Shown: positions 1 through 11,099 of the stretch, one piece after another
Numbering within the stretch: the first letter of the stretch is position 1
Layout of the letters: every line of letters begins with the position of its first letter
NCBI GenBank assembly: GCA_050952645.1
Contig: JBMNLI010000010.1
Coordinates: 285,644-349,643 of the forward strand
DNA: 64,000 bases
Source of the DNA: Bdellovibrionota bacterium
GTDB taxonomy: Bacteria; Bdellovibrionota_C; UBA2361; CAKMMH01
Direction of reading: 5' to 3'
Translations under genes and position numbers: made by a program
The notes under the pieces: generated by a model
Database searches by the model: none
Seen by the model: only the letters and a program-made list of their open reading frames with translations
What the model was told of the DNA's origin: nothing

Positions 1-287
1 CCAAGGAAAAGACGGCTGTAATGCTTATGCTTTTGCTCAAATTTGAGCGAAAGTGGTATTAAATTTAAGAAGGCTGAATGTTATAACTTTGCCTTTGGTT
101 TTACAAATAGACTTACAGACATTTTTGTCTAAAAGTATTTATTTAAATAAAAACAAAAATAAAGGCATACACAACTATCATTATCTTTGTTAACATTGTA
201 AAATTACTTCACAAACACAGAATTATCATGTTATTTTTGAAGAAAATGTGCTATAATGGAAAAAACATATATAAAGAGGTGACCAAG

Positions 288-509
288 ATGACCGTTAGCT
301 ATAAAAAGCTTTGGAAATTGTTGATAGACCGCGATATGAAGAAGAAAGATTTACAAGCTGCTGCGGGAATAAGTCCATCGTCAATTTCAAAGCTTTCTAA
401 AAACGAATATGTCAGTATGGACGTTCTTGTAAAGGTTTGTACGGCACTTGGCGTTGATTTTAAAGATATCATGGAATTAGTGCCTAATATGGTTGAAGAA
501 AGGGAGTAG
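288..509 (+). CDS. Cro/C1-type (XRE) helix-turn-helix regulator upstream of type I RM genes
   Basis: [22 protein letters not shown]...[16 protein letters not shown] is a typical small HTH. The ATG at 288 has RBS GAGGTG; an extended -10 (TGCTATAAT) lies at about 249-257. Confidence 0.85.
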   Translation: MTVSYKKLWKLLIDRDMKKKDLQAAAGISPSSISKLSKNEYVSMDVLVKVCTALGVDFKDIMELVPNMVEERE

Positions 510-513
510 AGTT

Positions 514-2083
514 ATGGAGAATAACAGAAAAGAACAGGAACGGGCGGAATTACACCGCACGATATGGAATATGGCAAATGATCTAAGAGGCAGTGTAGAT
601 GGATGGGACTTTAAGCAATATGTTCTAGGAATGCTGTTTTACCGCTACATATCTGAAAATATTACTGCCTATATTAACGCCGGAGAATGGGAAGCTGGCA
701 ATACGGAATTTGATTATGCTAAGCTATCCGACGAAGAAGCAGAACAGGCACGAGAGGATTTAGTTAAGACAAAAGGCTTCTTTATCTTACCCAGCGAGCT
801 TTTTGAAAATGTCCGAGCTCGTGCAAAGGACGATGAAAACTTAAATGAAACACTAGAACAGATTTTCAGTAATATAGAAGCATCTGCCCAAGGAACAGAG
901 AGTGAAGATAATTTCAAAGGTCTGTTTGACGATATTGATGTTAACAGCAATAAGCTAGGTAACACTGTAGTAAAGCGTAATGAAAAGCTGGTTAAGCTAA
1001 TGAATTCTGTTGGAGAAATGAAGCTGGGAGATTACAAAGACAATACCATAGATGCATTCGGTGATGCTTATGAATTTTTAATGGGTATGTATGCATCCAA
1101 TGCCGGAAAAAGTGGTGGTGAATACTATACGCCGCAGGAGGTTTCTGAACTCCTTACCCACTTAACATTAGTAGGAAAAACTGAAGTCAACAAGGTATAT
1201 GACCCCGCTTGCGGTTCTGGCTCTCTACTGCTAAAGTTTGCAAAAATCTTAGGAAAAGAAAATGTACGTCAAGGTTTCTTCGGTCAAGAAATCAACATTA
1301 CAACCTACAACCTGTGCAGAATTAATATGTTCCTGCACGATATTGATTATGACAAATTTGATATTGCCCTTGGGGACACACTAACAGATCCGCAACATTG
1401 GGATGATGAGCCTTTTGAAGCCATTGTATCAAATCCACCTTACTCTATTAAATGGAAGGGCGACAATGATCCTATTTTGATTAATGATCCCTCGCTTTTC
1501 TCCAGCGGGAGTATTGGCTCCTAAATCCAAGGCAGACCTTGCTTTTATTATGCATAGTCTCTCTTGGCTTGCAACAAACGGAACAGCGGCTATCGTTTGT
1601 TTCCCCGGTGTAATGTACCGCGGAGGCGCTGAAAAGAAAATCAGGCAGTACCTGATTGACAATAACTATATCGACTGTATCATTCAGTTACCGGATAACT
1701 TGTTTTATGGTACCAGCATTGCTACCTGCATTATGGTGCTGAAGAAGTCTAAATCAGAAAATAGCACCTTATTTATCGATGCATCAAAGGAATTTGTCAA
1801 GGTTACGAATAACAACAAGCTGACACAGGAAAATATTGAGACCATTCTTAACGCATTCAAAGATAGAAAAGATATAGAGCATTTTGCTAGGCTTGTGCCA
1901 AACAGTGAAATAGCTGAACAAGATTATAACCTGTCTGTTTCAACATATGTGGAACAAGAGGATACGAGAGAAAAGATTGATATTGTTGCCCTCAATGCTG
2001 AGATAGAAAAGATTGTGGCGAGAGAGCAGATTTTACGGGAAGAAATAGATAAGATTATTGCGGAAATTGAGGTGGGCAAATGA
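514..2083 (+). pseudogene. hsdM: Type I RM methyltransferase subunit, split by a +1 frameshift
   Basis: Motifs [10 protein letters not shown] and NPPY are in ORF 493-1524; the C-terminal half is in ORF 1484-2083. Removing one C from CCC at 1489-1491 restores ...INDPRFSPAG.... Could be a sequencing error. Confidence 0.9.
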
Positions 2084-3240
2084 GTAAGTTAGATGAATTG
2101 ATTGCTGAACTTTGCCCTGATGGGGTGGAGTATGTTCGACTTGCGGAATGTTGTGATATAGAGGACAATAAACGGAAGCCTGTTAAATCATCATTACGCA
2201 TACCAGGTGACACTCCGTATTATGGTGCTAACAATATCCAAGATTATGTTGAGGGATATACGCACTATGGACAATATGTACTAATTGCAGAAGATGGCTC
2301 TGCAAGTCTTGAAAATTATTCTGTACAATATGTAGATGGTTTCTTTTGGGCTAACAACCATGTCCATGTTATAAAAGGCCGTAAGGATCTAGATACCAAG
2401 TTTTTATATTACTACTTAACAAGTTTTAATTTTATCCCCTTCTTGACCGGAGGAACAAGAGCTAAACTAAATAAGGGGAATATGGAGGAAATCCCAATCC
2501 CCCTTCCCCCTCTACCTGTGCAGCAGGAAATTGTCCGTATTCTGGACAATTTCACAGAGCTTACAGCAGAGCTTACAGCAGAGCTTACAGCAGAGCTTAC
2601 AGCAAGAAGAAAGCAGTATGAGTATTATAGGGATTTTCTGCTTACGTTTGGTAATAACCCCGATATCAAGTGGATGACATTGGGGGAAATTGGACCTGTT
2701 TGTATGTGTAAGCGTATTATGAAAGCAGAAACAAGTCCAGTTGGTGATGTTCCATTCTTTAAAATTGGGACATTTGGAAAAGAACCAGATGCTTTTATTT
2801 CACAGGAAAAATATGATGAATACCGAAAAGCATTTTCTTTCCCTAAAAAAGGCGATATTCTTATATCTGCTGCTGGAACAATCGGAAGAACAGTAATTTA
2901 TGATGGAAAACCAGCTTATTACCAAGATTCTAATATTGTGTGGATTGATAATGATGAGAGTAAAGTGTTAAATAAATATCTATATTATTGCTATGCGATG
3001 AAGCCTTGGTCAATATCTACTGGGGGAACTATTGCAAGGCTATATAATGACAATATTTCAAAGGCTAAAATTCCTGTCCCACCCTTAGAAGAACAAGAAC
3101 GCATCGTCGCTATCCTCGATCGCTTTGACGCTCTCTGCAACGACTTAACCAGCGGCATTCCGGCCGAAATCGAAGCACGGCAAAAGCAATATGAATATTA
3201 CAGAGATAAACTGTTATCTTTCAAGGAGGTGACGGCATGA
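2080..3240 (+). CDS. hsdS: Type I RM specificity subunit (type IC-like)
   Basis: Two TRDs separated by conserved PLPPLPVQQEIVRILDNFTELTAEL... and ending PPLEEQERIVAILDRF...ARQKQYEYYRDKLL. Confidence 0.95.
   Translation: MSKLDELIAELCPDGVEYVRLAECCDIEDNKRKPVKSSLRIPGDTPYYGANNIQDYVEGYTHYGQYVLIAEDGSASLENYSVQYVDGFFWANNHVHVIKGRKDLDTKFLYYYLTSFNFIPFLTGGTRAKLNKGNMEEIPIPLPPLPVQQEIVRILDNFTELTAELTAELTAELTARRKQYEYYRDFLLTFGNNPDIKWMTLGEIGPVCMCKRIMKAETSPVGDVPFFKIGTFGKEPDAFISQEKYDEYRKAFSFPKKGDILISAAGTIGRTVIYDGKPAYYQDSNIVWIDNDESKVLNKYLYYCYAMKPWSISTGGTIARLYNDNISKAKIPVPPLEEQERIVAILDRFDALCNDLTSGIPAEIEARQKQYEYYRDKLLSFKEVTA
2555..2602 (+). repeat. 12-bp tandem repeat x4 (CAGAGCTTACAG) encoding the TAEL spacer of HsdS
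   Basis: Four exact copies read directly from the sequence. Confidence 0.95.
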
Positions 3241-6200
3241 GCATTTACAACATCGTTGCCAGTACTGACGAAGCAACGGTTGTTGCTGAATATGCAGCTG
3301 AATATAATGTCCGTCCTGAAAAGTATCAGAGCGAGGCAGAACTTGAGCGGGAGTTTATCAGGCAACTGACTTCCCAAGGATATGAATATATTTCAGTGCA
3401 CAATGAAGCTGCATTGATAGAAAATCTCCGAAAGCAACTTGAACTGCTTAATGACTTCACATTTACTGACAGTGAATGGGATAGATTTTTCACAGAATGT
3501 ATTGCCAATACAAATGAGGGTATTGTTGAAAAGACCAGAAAAATTCAGGATGACCATATCCAGATTCTAAAACGTGAAGATGGAACAACAAAGAACATAT
3601 ACCTTTTGGATAAGAAGAATATCCATAACAATCGCTTGCAGGTTATTAATCAATACGAAGAAGCGGTGGCAAGCATGAAACCCGATATGATGTAACAATC
3701 CTTGTAAATGGACTTCCACTAGTTCATGTGGAGTTAAAGCGTCGTGGTGTTGCTATCCGTGAAGCCTTCAACCAGATAAAAAGATACCAACGTGACAGCT
3801 TTTGGGCGGCTTCTGGTTTATTTGAGTATGTGCAAATATTCGTAATCTCAAATGGCACCCATACAAAGTATTATAGTAACACCACAAGAAATGCTCATAT
3901 CAAGGAGCAAAGCAGCAGTGAACGTCGAAGAAGCAAAAAAACAAGCAACAGCTTTGAGTTTACCAGCTTTTGGGCAGATGCAAACAACAAAATTATTCCT
4001 GACCTTGTGGACTTTACTAAAACATTTTTTGCCAAGCATACCCTCTTAAATATACTAACAAAATATTGTATCTTTACATCTGAAGATCTGCTCCTTGTAA
4101 TGCGTCCTTATCAAATAGCTGCTGCAGAACGTATATTATCACGTATTGTAGTATCAACCAACTACAAGAAGATGGGCACAACTGCAGCTGGAGGATATAT
4201 TTGGCATACAACAGGCTCTGGTAAGACATTGACCAGTTTTAAGACAGCCCAATTAGCTTCTGCCTTGCCTTACATAGACAAGGTACTGTTTGTCGTTGAC
4301 CGTAAAGACCTAGACTATCAGACTATGAAGGAATATGACCGTTTTGAAAAGGGGGCAGCTAACGGTAATACGTCCACAAGAGTTCTTCAAAGACAATTGG
4401 AGGACAGGGACGAAAAAGGAAATCCTCATGAATACAAAATCATTGTAACCACTATTCAGAAGCTGGATATATTTATACGTAAAAACAAACAGCATGATAT
4501 TTATAAGAAACACGTGGTACTGATTTTTGATGAGTGCCACCGTTCCCAATTTGGTGAAATGCATCAAGCTATCACGAAGAGTTTTAAGAACTACCATATC
4601 TTCGGCTTTACGGGAACCCCGATTTTTGCTGCCAATGCTAGTTCAGGAGGTAACCCACTGCTTCGCACAACCGAGCAGGCTTTTGGAGAAAAACTGCATA
4701 CTTATACCATTGTAGATGCCATCAATGATGGGAATGTTCTGCCTTTTAGAATAGATTTTATCAATACCATTAAGATGCCTGATTACGTTAATGATAAAAA
4801 AGTCTATAGCATAGATAGAGAAAAAGCCTTAGCAGATCCACAGCGAATCAGTGAAATTGTTTCTTACGTTCTTGAACACTTTGATCAGAAGACGAAGCGC
4901 AATAGTTATTACACATTCTCTGCGAAATGGGAAGAAGCAGATAAGCACAACCCTAAAAAGATGATTGAAAAGCGTGAAACAAGGCGAGTTGCCGGTTTCA
5001 ACTCCATATTTGCTGCTGCATCCATCCCAATGGCAATCAGATACTATAATGAGTTTAAGAAGCAGATAGCGGAAAAGAACCGTAACCTTACCATTGCAAC
5101 TATTTTCAGTTTTAGTGCAAATGAAGAAGAGCCAGATGGATTGCTTCCTGAAGAGGATTTTAATATGGAAAACCTTGACCAGAGCTCCAGAGATTTTCTT
5201 GAGGCGGCTATCCGAGATTACAATTCCACATTTAACACGAATTACGATACTTCCTCGGATAAGTTCCAGAATTATTATAAAGACCTCTCTCTTCGTGTAA
5301 AGAATCGGGAGATTGATATATTGATTGTTGTTAATATGTTTCTTACAGGCTTTGATGCAACAACCCTGAATACGCTATGGGTAGACAAAAATCTGAGACA
5401 GCATGGACTGATTCAGGCTTTTTCAAGAACTAACCGCATCCTAAACAGCGTTAAGACCTATGGTAATATCGTTTGCTTTAGAGATTTGAAAGAAGAAACA
5501 GACAAAGCTATTGCACTATTCGGCAATAAGGATGCAGGCGGTATTGTACTGCTAAAAACATTCGATGAATATTATAAGGGATATGATGAAAAAGGTGAAC
5601 ACAAGCCGGGCTATGCTGAACTGATTGCAACCCTTACAACACAGTATCCCCTTGGACAACCTATTCTCGGAGAAGAAGCTGAAAAAGAATTTATCAGGTT
5701 ATATGGAGCAATACTTCGACTCAGAAATATTCTTACTTCCTTCGATGACTTTGAAGGAAATGAGATTTTATCTGAAAGGGATTTTCAGGACTATCAGAGC
5801 ATTTATATTGACCTGTATCAGGAATACAGAAAAGGTGCTGATGGTGACAAAGAAACTATCAATGATGACATAGTTTTCGAGATTGAACTGGTCAAACAGA
5901 TAGAGGTAAATATTGACTACATCCTTATGCTTGTAGCCAAATATCAACAATCCAACTGCAAGGATAAAACCATTCTTACGACCATTGATAAGGCTATCAA
6001 TTCGAGTATTGAACTTCGAAGTAAGAAAGAACTTATCGAGCGTTTTATTGAGCAAGTCAATGTATCGACCAAAGTGGATGAGGATTGGCGTAAATTCCTC
6101 CATGAGCGTAAGGAAGCGGATATTACAGCAATTATAGAAGAAGAAAGATTAAAGCCTGAAGAAACCCGCCGTTTCATCGACAATGCTTTCCGAGATGGGA

Positions 6201-6337
6201 TACTTAAAACGACCGGTACAGCTATTGATAAAATCATGCCACCTGTATCTCGCTTTGGCGGAGGCAGAGCCGCGAAAAAGCAAGGAATTATCGAAAAACT
6301 AATGTTATTCTTTGAGAAGTATTTAGGATTGATATAG
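3237..6337 (+). pseudogene. hsdR: Type I RM restriction subunit, split by a -1 frameshift
   Basis: ELK nuclease motif, GSGKT Walker A, DECH and LTGFDA motifs. Adding one base near 3664-3666 restores NQYEEAGGKHETRYDVTILVNGLPLVHVELK. Could be a sequencing error. Confidence 0.9.
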
Positions 6338-6380
6338 ATTAATATCAATCGCTAATTCAAAAATAATATCTTTATAAAAA

Positions 6381-6428
6381 ACCAGTCACTTCAAGCATTC
6401 ATGCCTGATTGTGACTGGTCTCTTTTTG
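6381..6428 (+). terminator. Probable intrinsic terminator after hsdR
   Basis: ACCAGTCAC...GTGACTGGT inverted repeat with a downstream T-tract and an upstream A-tract. Confidence 0.6.
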
Positions 6429-6507
6429 CTCCGCTTGAAGCTGTTCATTTAAGTTTTTCTTCAATCCCTAAGTGAACGCTTCTTTGGGAAGTGTGGTTTT
6501 ATTTCAT

Positions 6508-7521
6508 TTAACGCGGAACTTCGACGTCACCGTCAGTGTAGGCAATTTCGTATTTCTTATCCCACTTAGTGCCAAAGAGTTCGGAATAAACTTCGATCTC
6601 ACCCTCGGGCATCTTAACTACACCAGTTTCCGAACTATAATCGGGAGCATAGATAATGCCATCAAGGGGACTTGCCTTGCTAAGAAAACGCTTGCCACCT
6701 GCTTTGCCCTGTTCGCCATTATAAACTTCAACAAGCACATTATCGATTAATTGAGATTCGGAAGATGCAATAGCACACTTCCTCAAATCAATTTCAACGG
6801 TAATGATTTCAATCGCTTGCAAATTCATGAAGCGAGTATCAAGAAAGCATCTGCAAGTTTCTTCTCTAGCAGTATTAGGTTCGAAGGTAACATCCATCGT
6901 ATGAAGCCAGTCAAGATTGCCCTTATAGATTTTAGCATGCAAGTATTCAGGGAAATCTTTTCTTCCAAATACTGGATAGTTAGCACCATTGTCACACTTG
7001 ATGCCAACAAGCTGTCCTTGCGTATTAATAACCAACAACTCTTGACGAACCTCATTAAGCATCGTAAATCCGATAGGATTATTAGGAGCTCCTGCTTCCC
7101 TTGCGTCGATATTGTTTACTTAGCCAGAGATACCACTAGCCCATAAAATGCTTTTTTTATTCCCTGCACTATCAAGAATTTTTTTCTTTTGCGTATTTAC
7201 AATAATACCTTCTTCCTCTTCTCCATTCTTTAAAATGAACTCGCCTCTAACTAATGCCGTCGTTCCAACACCAGAAATGCGGACACAACCATTGGCTTCT
7301 AATTGCTCGCGACAGGGAAATTTGCCATATTCTCCCCGTGCATCTTGAAGCGTTTTAAAGTCTTCATTTTCCTTATCAGGCGTACAAATCCAACCGTTTT
7401 CACCAACCTCCAATCTATACTGAAAAGAATTATGTGCTGGACTGCCTTCATTCATACAATAAAGACCGTCTCGCTTATAGACACTACCATCGTTAGGTAT
7501 TATAATAATGTTGTTAGGCAA
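6508..7521 (-). pseudogene. Hypothetical ~337-aa gene interrupted by one in-frame TAA (7120-7122)
   Basis: ORFs 7120-7521 and 6508-7062 are in the same frame and the 19 codons between them are open (...ISG*VNNIDAREAGAPNNPIGFTMLNEV...). Confidence 0.65.
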
Positions 7522-7752
7522 CTTACTGCCCTAACCTTTCTAGCACCAGATTAATCAGTGCCTCTAAAACCCAATAAGTAAAATCTAATTACAAAGTTTT
7601 TTACTTTTAAATTTCATCATTAATACTAATGAATGAAATATTTTTACCTTGCATTAAATTCACTCATAAAACTAAAAATATCTTAAAGGTAAAATACCTA
7701 TAAGCAAATTATACAAATAAACCACTCCATCTACTCAAAACATATTGATACC

Positions 7753-7964
7753 AAAACTTGTAATTTTAAATAACACTACGTAACAAATAAATCACACTCT
7801 TTTTAGTTCATATAACATAACAGAGTTTGATTTAACAGTCAAGCTTTCAGCTTAACTAAAACTTGTAATTTTAAATAAAACTACGTAACAAATAAATTAC
7901 ACTCTTTTTAGTTCACATAATATAACGGAATTTGATTTAGTAGTCAAGCTTTCAGCTTAACTAA
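7753..7964. repeat. Imperfect 105-bp tandem duplication, non-coding
   Basis: AAAACTTGTAATTTTAAATAA...GTCAAGCTTTCAGCTTAACTAA occurs at 7753 and 7858. Confidence 0.9.
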
Positions 7965-8034
7965 TTTAGCCCTTAAATTAAGGTTCTTCACTTTTAAAGG
8001 CGGGATTTAAATTCTAAAAAATTAGCATTACTAA

Positions 8035-8141
8035 GGAAACACTGATTAATGTCTAAAATTTCTAAAAACTGATATAAAAAGCTAATCTTTTCAAGATGTT
8101 TAAAAAAAACTCTTAGAGTTATACTGTTCATCAGTGTTTCC
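8035..8141. mobile_element. 107-bp mini element with IS5-like terminal inverted repeats, nested in the MITE
   Basis: GGAAACACTGAT...ATCAGTGTTTCC interrupts the TTACTAACCCCCATG motif that is intact in the neighbouring repeat units. Confidence 0.55.
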
Positions 8142-8150
8142 CCCCCCATG

Positions 8151-8590
8151 AACCCTCAAAAACAATTTTTCTAACTCACCTAAAACGTCAAAAACGTGAA
8201 AAAATTAGCATTACTAACCCCCATGAAGCCCAAAAGAAAATCTCCGCAAGCTTTAGCTAGCTCCGATTTTCTTTTAAGCTAACCCTCAAAAACAATTTTT
8301 CTAACTCATCTAAAACGTCAAAAACGTGAAAAAATTAGCATTACTAACCCCCATGAAGCCCAAAAGAAAATCTCCGCAAGCTTTAGCTAGCTCCGATTTT
8401 CTTTTAAGCTAACCCTCAAAAACAATTTTTCTAACTCATCTAAAACGTCAAAAACGTGAAAAAATTAGCATTACTAACCCCCATGAAGCCCAAAAGAAAA
8501 TCTCCGCAAGCTTTAGCTAGCTCCGATTTTCTTTTAAGCTAACCCTCAAAAACAATTTTTCTAACTCATCTAAAACGTCAAAAACGTGAA
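8151..8590. repeat. 130-bp tandem repeat, about 3.4 near-identical copies
   Basis: Units start at 8151, 8281, 8411 and 8541; each full unit has an AAAAGAAAATC...GATTTTCTTTT hairpin. Confidence 0.95.
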
Positions 8591-8664
8591 GAACCTATTT
8601 AAAGGTGTAAATATCGATATAAATTTACCTTTATTATCTCTTTCTATCGTGATATCTATAACTT

Positions 8665-9846
8665 ATGTCTATTTATAATCAAAAATACATAGCCCTTATC
8701 GATTGCGATTCTTTTTTTTGTAGTTGTGAAATAAAATCAAACCCAAAATTAAAAGGAAAAGCACTTTGCGTTACGACGGGAGAGAGAGGTTGCATCGTAT
8801 CTAGAACTAAAGAAGCTAAAAAAATGGGCATAAAAATGGGAGCCCCAGTATTTCAAGCTATAAAAGAATATCCAAACTGTATCTATATAAAGGCTAACCA
8901 CGAAAAATATATCGAAATATCAAAAAAAGTTATGCAGATTTTAAAAGATTTAAGCCCGACAGTCGAAGTATACTCGATAGATGAGGCATTCATGGACTTA
9001 ACAGGACTTTTAAAAGTATATAAAAAAAATTATTTTGATTTTGCAAAATATATACAAGAAAAGATTTTAAACGAAGCTAATATTCCTGTAAGTATTGGAA
9101 TAAGTCGCTCTAAAACATTAGCGAAAATCGCTTCCTATAAAGCAAAGACTAGCAAAGAACGAATAGTTTTACTAGGTAAACTAAAAATCAAACGCTTCTT
9201 AAAAGATATCGACGTTTCTGAGGTTTGGGGAATAGGACGAAAACTTAGCACAAAACTTAAAAGCTTAGGCGTCTTTACAGCAGACGAGTTTACTAAAAAA
9301 GAAGATTGGTGGATAAAAGCTAATTTTGGGAAACACGGACTCGATACTAAATATGAACTACTAGGACAAGCTATAAATTTAGTCTCTGATGCATACACTC
9401 CCCCTAAATCGATAATGCATTCACAAGCATTCTTAATTTTTACTAACGACTTAAATTATATAAAAAACGAATTGTTAATCCATATTCACATTACATGTTT
9501 AAAATTAAGATACGCAAATTGTAAGTGCAAAAAAATAGGAGTTATGTTAAAAAGAAAAGATTTTAAATGCGATTTATTACAAAGCAATCTTTCATACCCG
9601 ACAAATCTAGAGTTAGATATTTCAGATATAGCTTTTAATCTCTTAAATACCATGTATGAAAAAAATATTTTATATAGAAGTGTAGGAATAGTATTAGAAA
9701 ATATAGTTAAAGAAAATAACGAACAATTAGATTTTTTTATAGACATAGACAAAAAAGAAAAAAGAGATAATCTTGGAAAAACTATAGATAAACTAGAAGA
9801 AAAATTCGGAAAAAATATCGTTAAAATAGGTGGCATACTTCCATAA
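8665..9846 (+). CDS. Y-family DNA polymerase (DinB/UmuC-like)
   Basis: LIDCDSFFCSCE, YSIDEAF, SKTLAKIAS and VWGIG motifs. Confidence 0.93.
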   Translation: MSIYNQKYIALIDCDSFFCSCEIKSNPKLKGKALCVTTGERGCIVSRTKEAKKMGIKMGAPVFQAIKEYPNCIYIKANHEKYIEISKKVMQILKDLSPTVEVYSIDEAFMDLTGLLKVYKKNYFDFAKYIQEKILNEANIPVSIGISRSKTLAKIASYKAKTSKERIVLLGKLKIKRFLKDIDVSEVWGIGRKLSTKLKSLGVFTADEFTKKEDWWIKANFGKHGLDTKYELLGQAINLVSDAYTPPKSIMHSQAFLIFTNDLNYIKNELLIHIHITCLKLRYANCKCKKIGVMLKRKDFKCDLLQSNLSYPTNLELDISDIAFNLLNTMYEKNILYRSVGIVLENIVKENNEQLDFFIDIDKKEKRDNLGKTIDKLEEKFGKNIVKIGGILP

Positions 9847-9946
9847 TAAAAATTTTCACATCAACTATTTTTAGAGCAAAAATTTATATAGTAAAAGCTA
9901 ATTTTTTAGATTTTCTTAATGGGTAAAACTTTATATAATACTTTAA

Positions 9947-10116
9947 AGTTCTTCACGTTTTAAGGTGGTTTAAGATCTTAAGAATTAGTATCACCAACCT
10001 TACGAAGACCAAAATAAAATTGACTTTTTAAAAATTTGCATAAAACAAATTAACTTTTAATATAGCTAGTTTTCTATAAAAGTAAATTTTCTCCACCCCC
10101 TAAAACATGAAGAACC
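9947..10116. mobile_element. ISL3-ended MITE (~170 bp)
   Basis: AGTTCTTCACGTTTTAAGGTGG...CCTAAAACATGAAGAACC, flanked on both sides by ATACTTTA. Confidence 0.75.
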
Positions 10117-10160
10117 ATACTTTATATAATAATTGATGAACCTATAAATAAAGATATAAA

Positions 10161-10530
10161 ATGAAACAGATAACATTTGCAGATATAGAGCATATTGGTG
10201 GTAAAAAACTAAAAAAGCCAAATTCTTGGAAAAAATGGATGAGACAATACCTTGGAGCGATTGGGTTGAAATGATAAGGCCACATTATAATAATGAATTA
10301 GGTCGTGATACTAAAAATATAGAAGTTATGTTGAGAATGTATTTACTTCAAAATTGGTATAATTTATCAGATGAAAATGCAGAAGAAGAAATAATTGAAG
10401 GTTATTCTTTTAGAAAATTTGTGGAATAAATTTATTAAAAGAATCGGTTCTAGACGCAACGACGTTATTAAAGTTTAGACACATTATTGAAGAAAATAAT
10501 TTAGGAGAAAAATTTCTTAATTATATTTAA
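10161..10530 (+). pseudogene. IS5-family transposase N-terminal remnant
   Basis: MKQITFADIE...FLEKMDETIPW...MLRMYLLQNWYNLSD...*...DATTLLKFRH, with a frameshift, a stop and a truncation. Confidence 0.85.
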
Positions 10531-10551
10531 AGAAAAAGAAAGAATTAAAAG

Positions 10552-10659
10552 AAAAGCTGGCCCAAAAGAGAAAGCTGGCCCAAAAAAAAGCTGGCCCAAA
10601 AAAAAGCTGGCCCAAAAAAAAGCTGGCCCAAAAAAAAGCTGGCCCAAAAAAAAGCTGGC
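10552..10659. repeat. ~16-bp tandem repeat (A8-GCTGGCCC) x6 abutting and reiterating the tRNA-Thr 3' end
   Basis: Read directly; the AGCTGGC core equals the last 7 nt of tRNA-Thr. Confidence 0.9.
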
Positions 10660-10725
10660 AAAGAGACTTGAACTCCCAACCTACTGATTACAAATCAGTT
10701 GCTCTACCAATTGAGCTATGCCAGC
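10653..10725 (-). tRNA. tRNA-Thr(TGT)
   Basis: Cloverleaf GCTGGCA...ACTGA-TT-TGT-AA-TCAGT...TTCAAGT...TGCCAGC-T; CCA not encoded. Confidence 0.95.
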
Positions 10726-10764
10726 AAAAAAAAGATATTTACAAAATATTTGATTCTTTTAAAT

Positions 10765-10847
10765 TGGCGAGGATTGGATTTGAACCAATGTAGGCGTAAG
10801 CCAGCGGATTTACAGTCCGCCCCCTTTAACCACTCGGGCACCTCGCC
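10765..10847 (-). tRNA. tRNA-Tyr(GTA)
   Basis: GGCGAGG...GCGGA-CT-GTA-AA-TCCGC, long variable arm, TTCAAAT, CCTCGCC-A. Confidence 0.95.
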
Positions 10848-10916
10848 CCATAAAAAAAACGCTCTCTTTAAAAAAAACCTCATATAAAAAAACGACTAAA
10901 ACGAGTAAAAAAAATA

Positions 10917-10989
10917 AGCGGGAAACGAGACTCGAACCCGCAACCTCCAGCTTGGAAGGCTGATGCTCTACCAATTGAGCTATTCCCGC
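10917..10989 (-). tRNA. tRNA-Gly(TCC)
   Basis: GCGGGAA...TCAGC-CT-TCC-AA-GCTGG...TTCGAGT...TTCCCGC-T. Confidence 0.95.
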
Positions 10990-11099
10990 ATGCCACATAC
11001 AGAGGCACCGTTTTTGATAAATCGAATGCCAAAAACAATACCCTAACAATATTCCATAAATTTACAAAAAAGCCAAGTGTTTTAGTAAAAATTTTTACT

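Larger units (their letters stand above)
7982..8595. mobile_element. ISL3-ended MITE with internal 130-bp tandem amplification
   Basis: Ends GGTTCTTCAC... and ...AAAACGTGAAGAACC match the IRs of the ISL3 element at 53837-55696. Confidence 0.75.

Noticed and set aside
7120..7122. Stop-codon recoding or alternative genetic code
   Set aside because: A single TAA in one accessory gene; TAA, TAG and TGA all terminate conserved genes normally elsewhere
8151..8590. Possible CRISPR array or iteron origin
   Set aside because: Units are whole tandem copies with no unique spacers and lie within MITE ends; no rep gene
10699..11049. Short ORFs 10699-10887 and 10810-11049
   Set aside because: They overlap tRNA genes and are spurious
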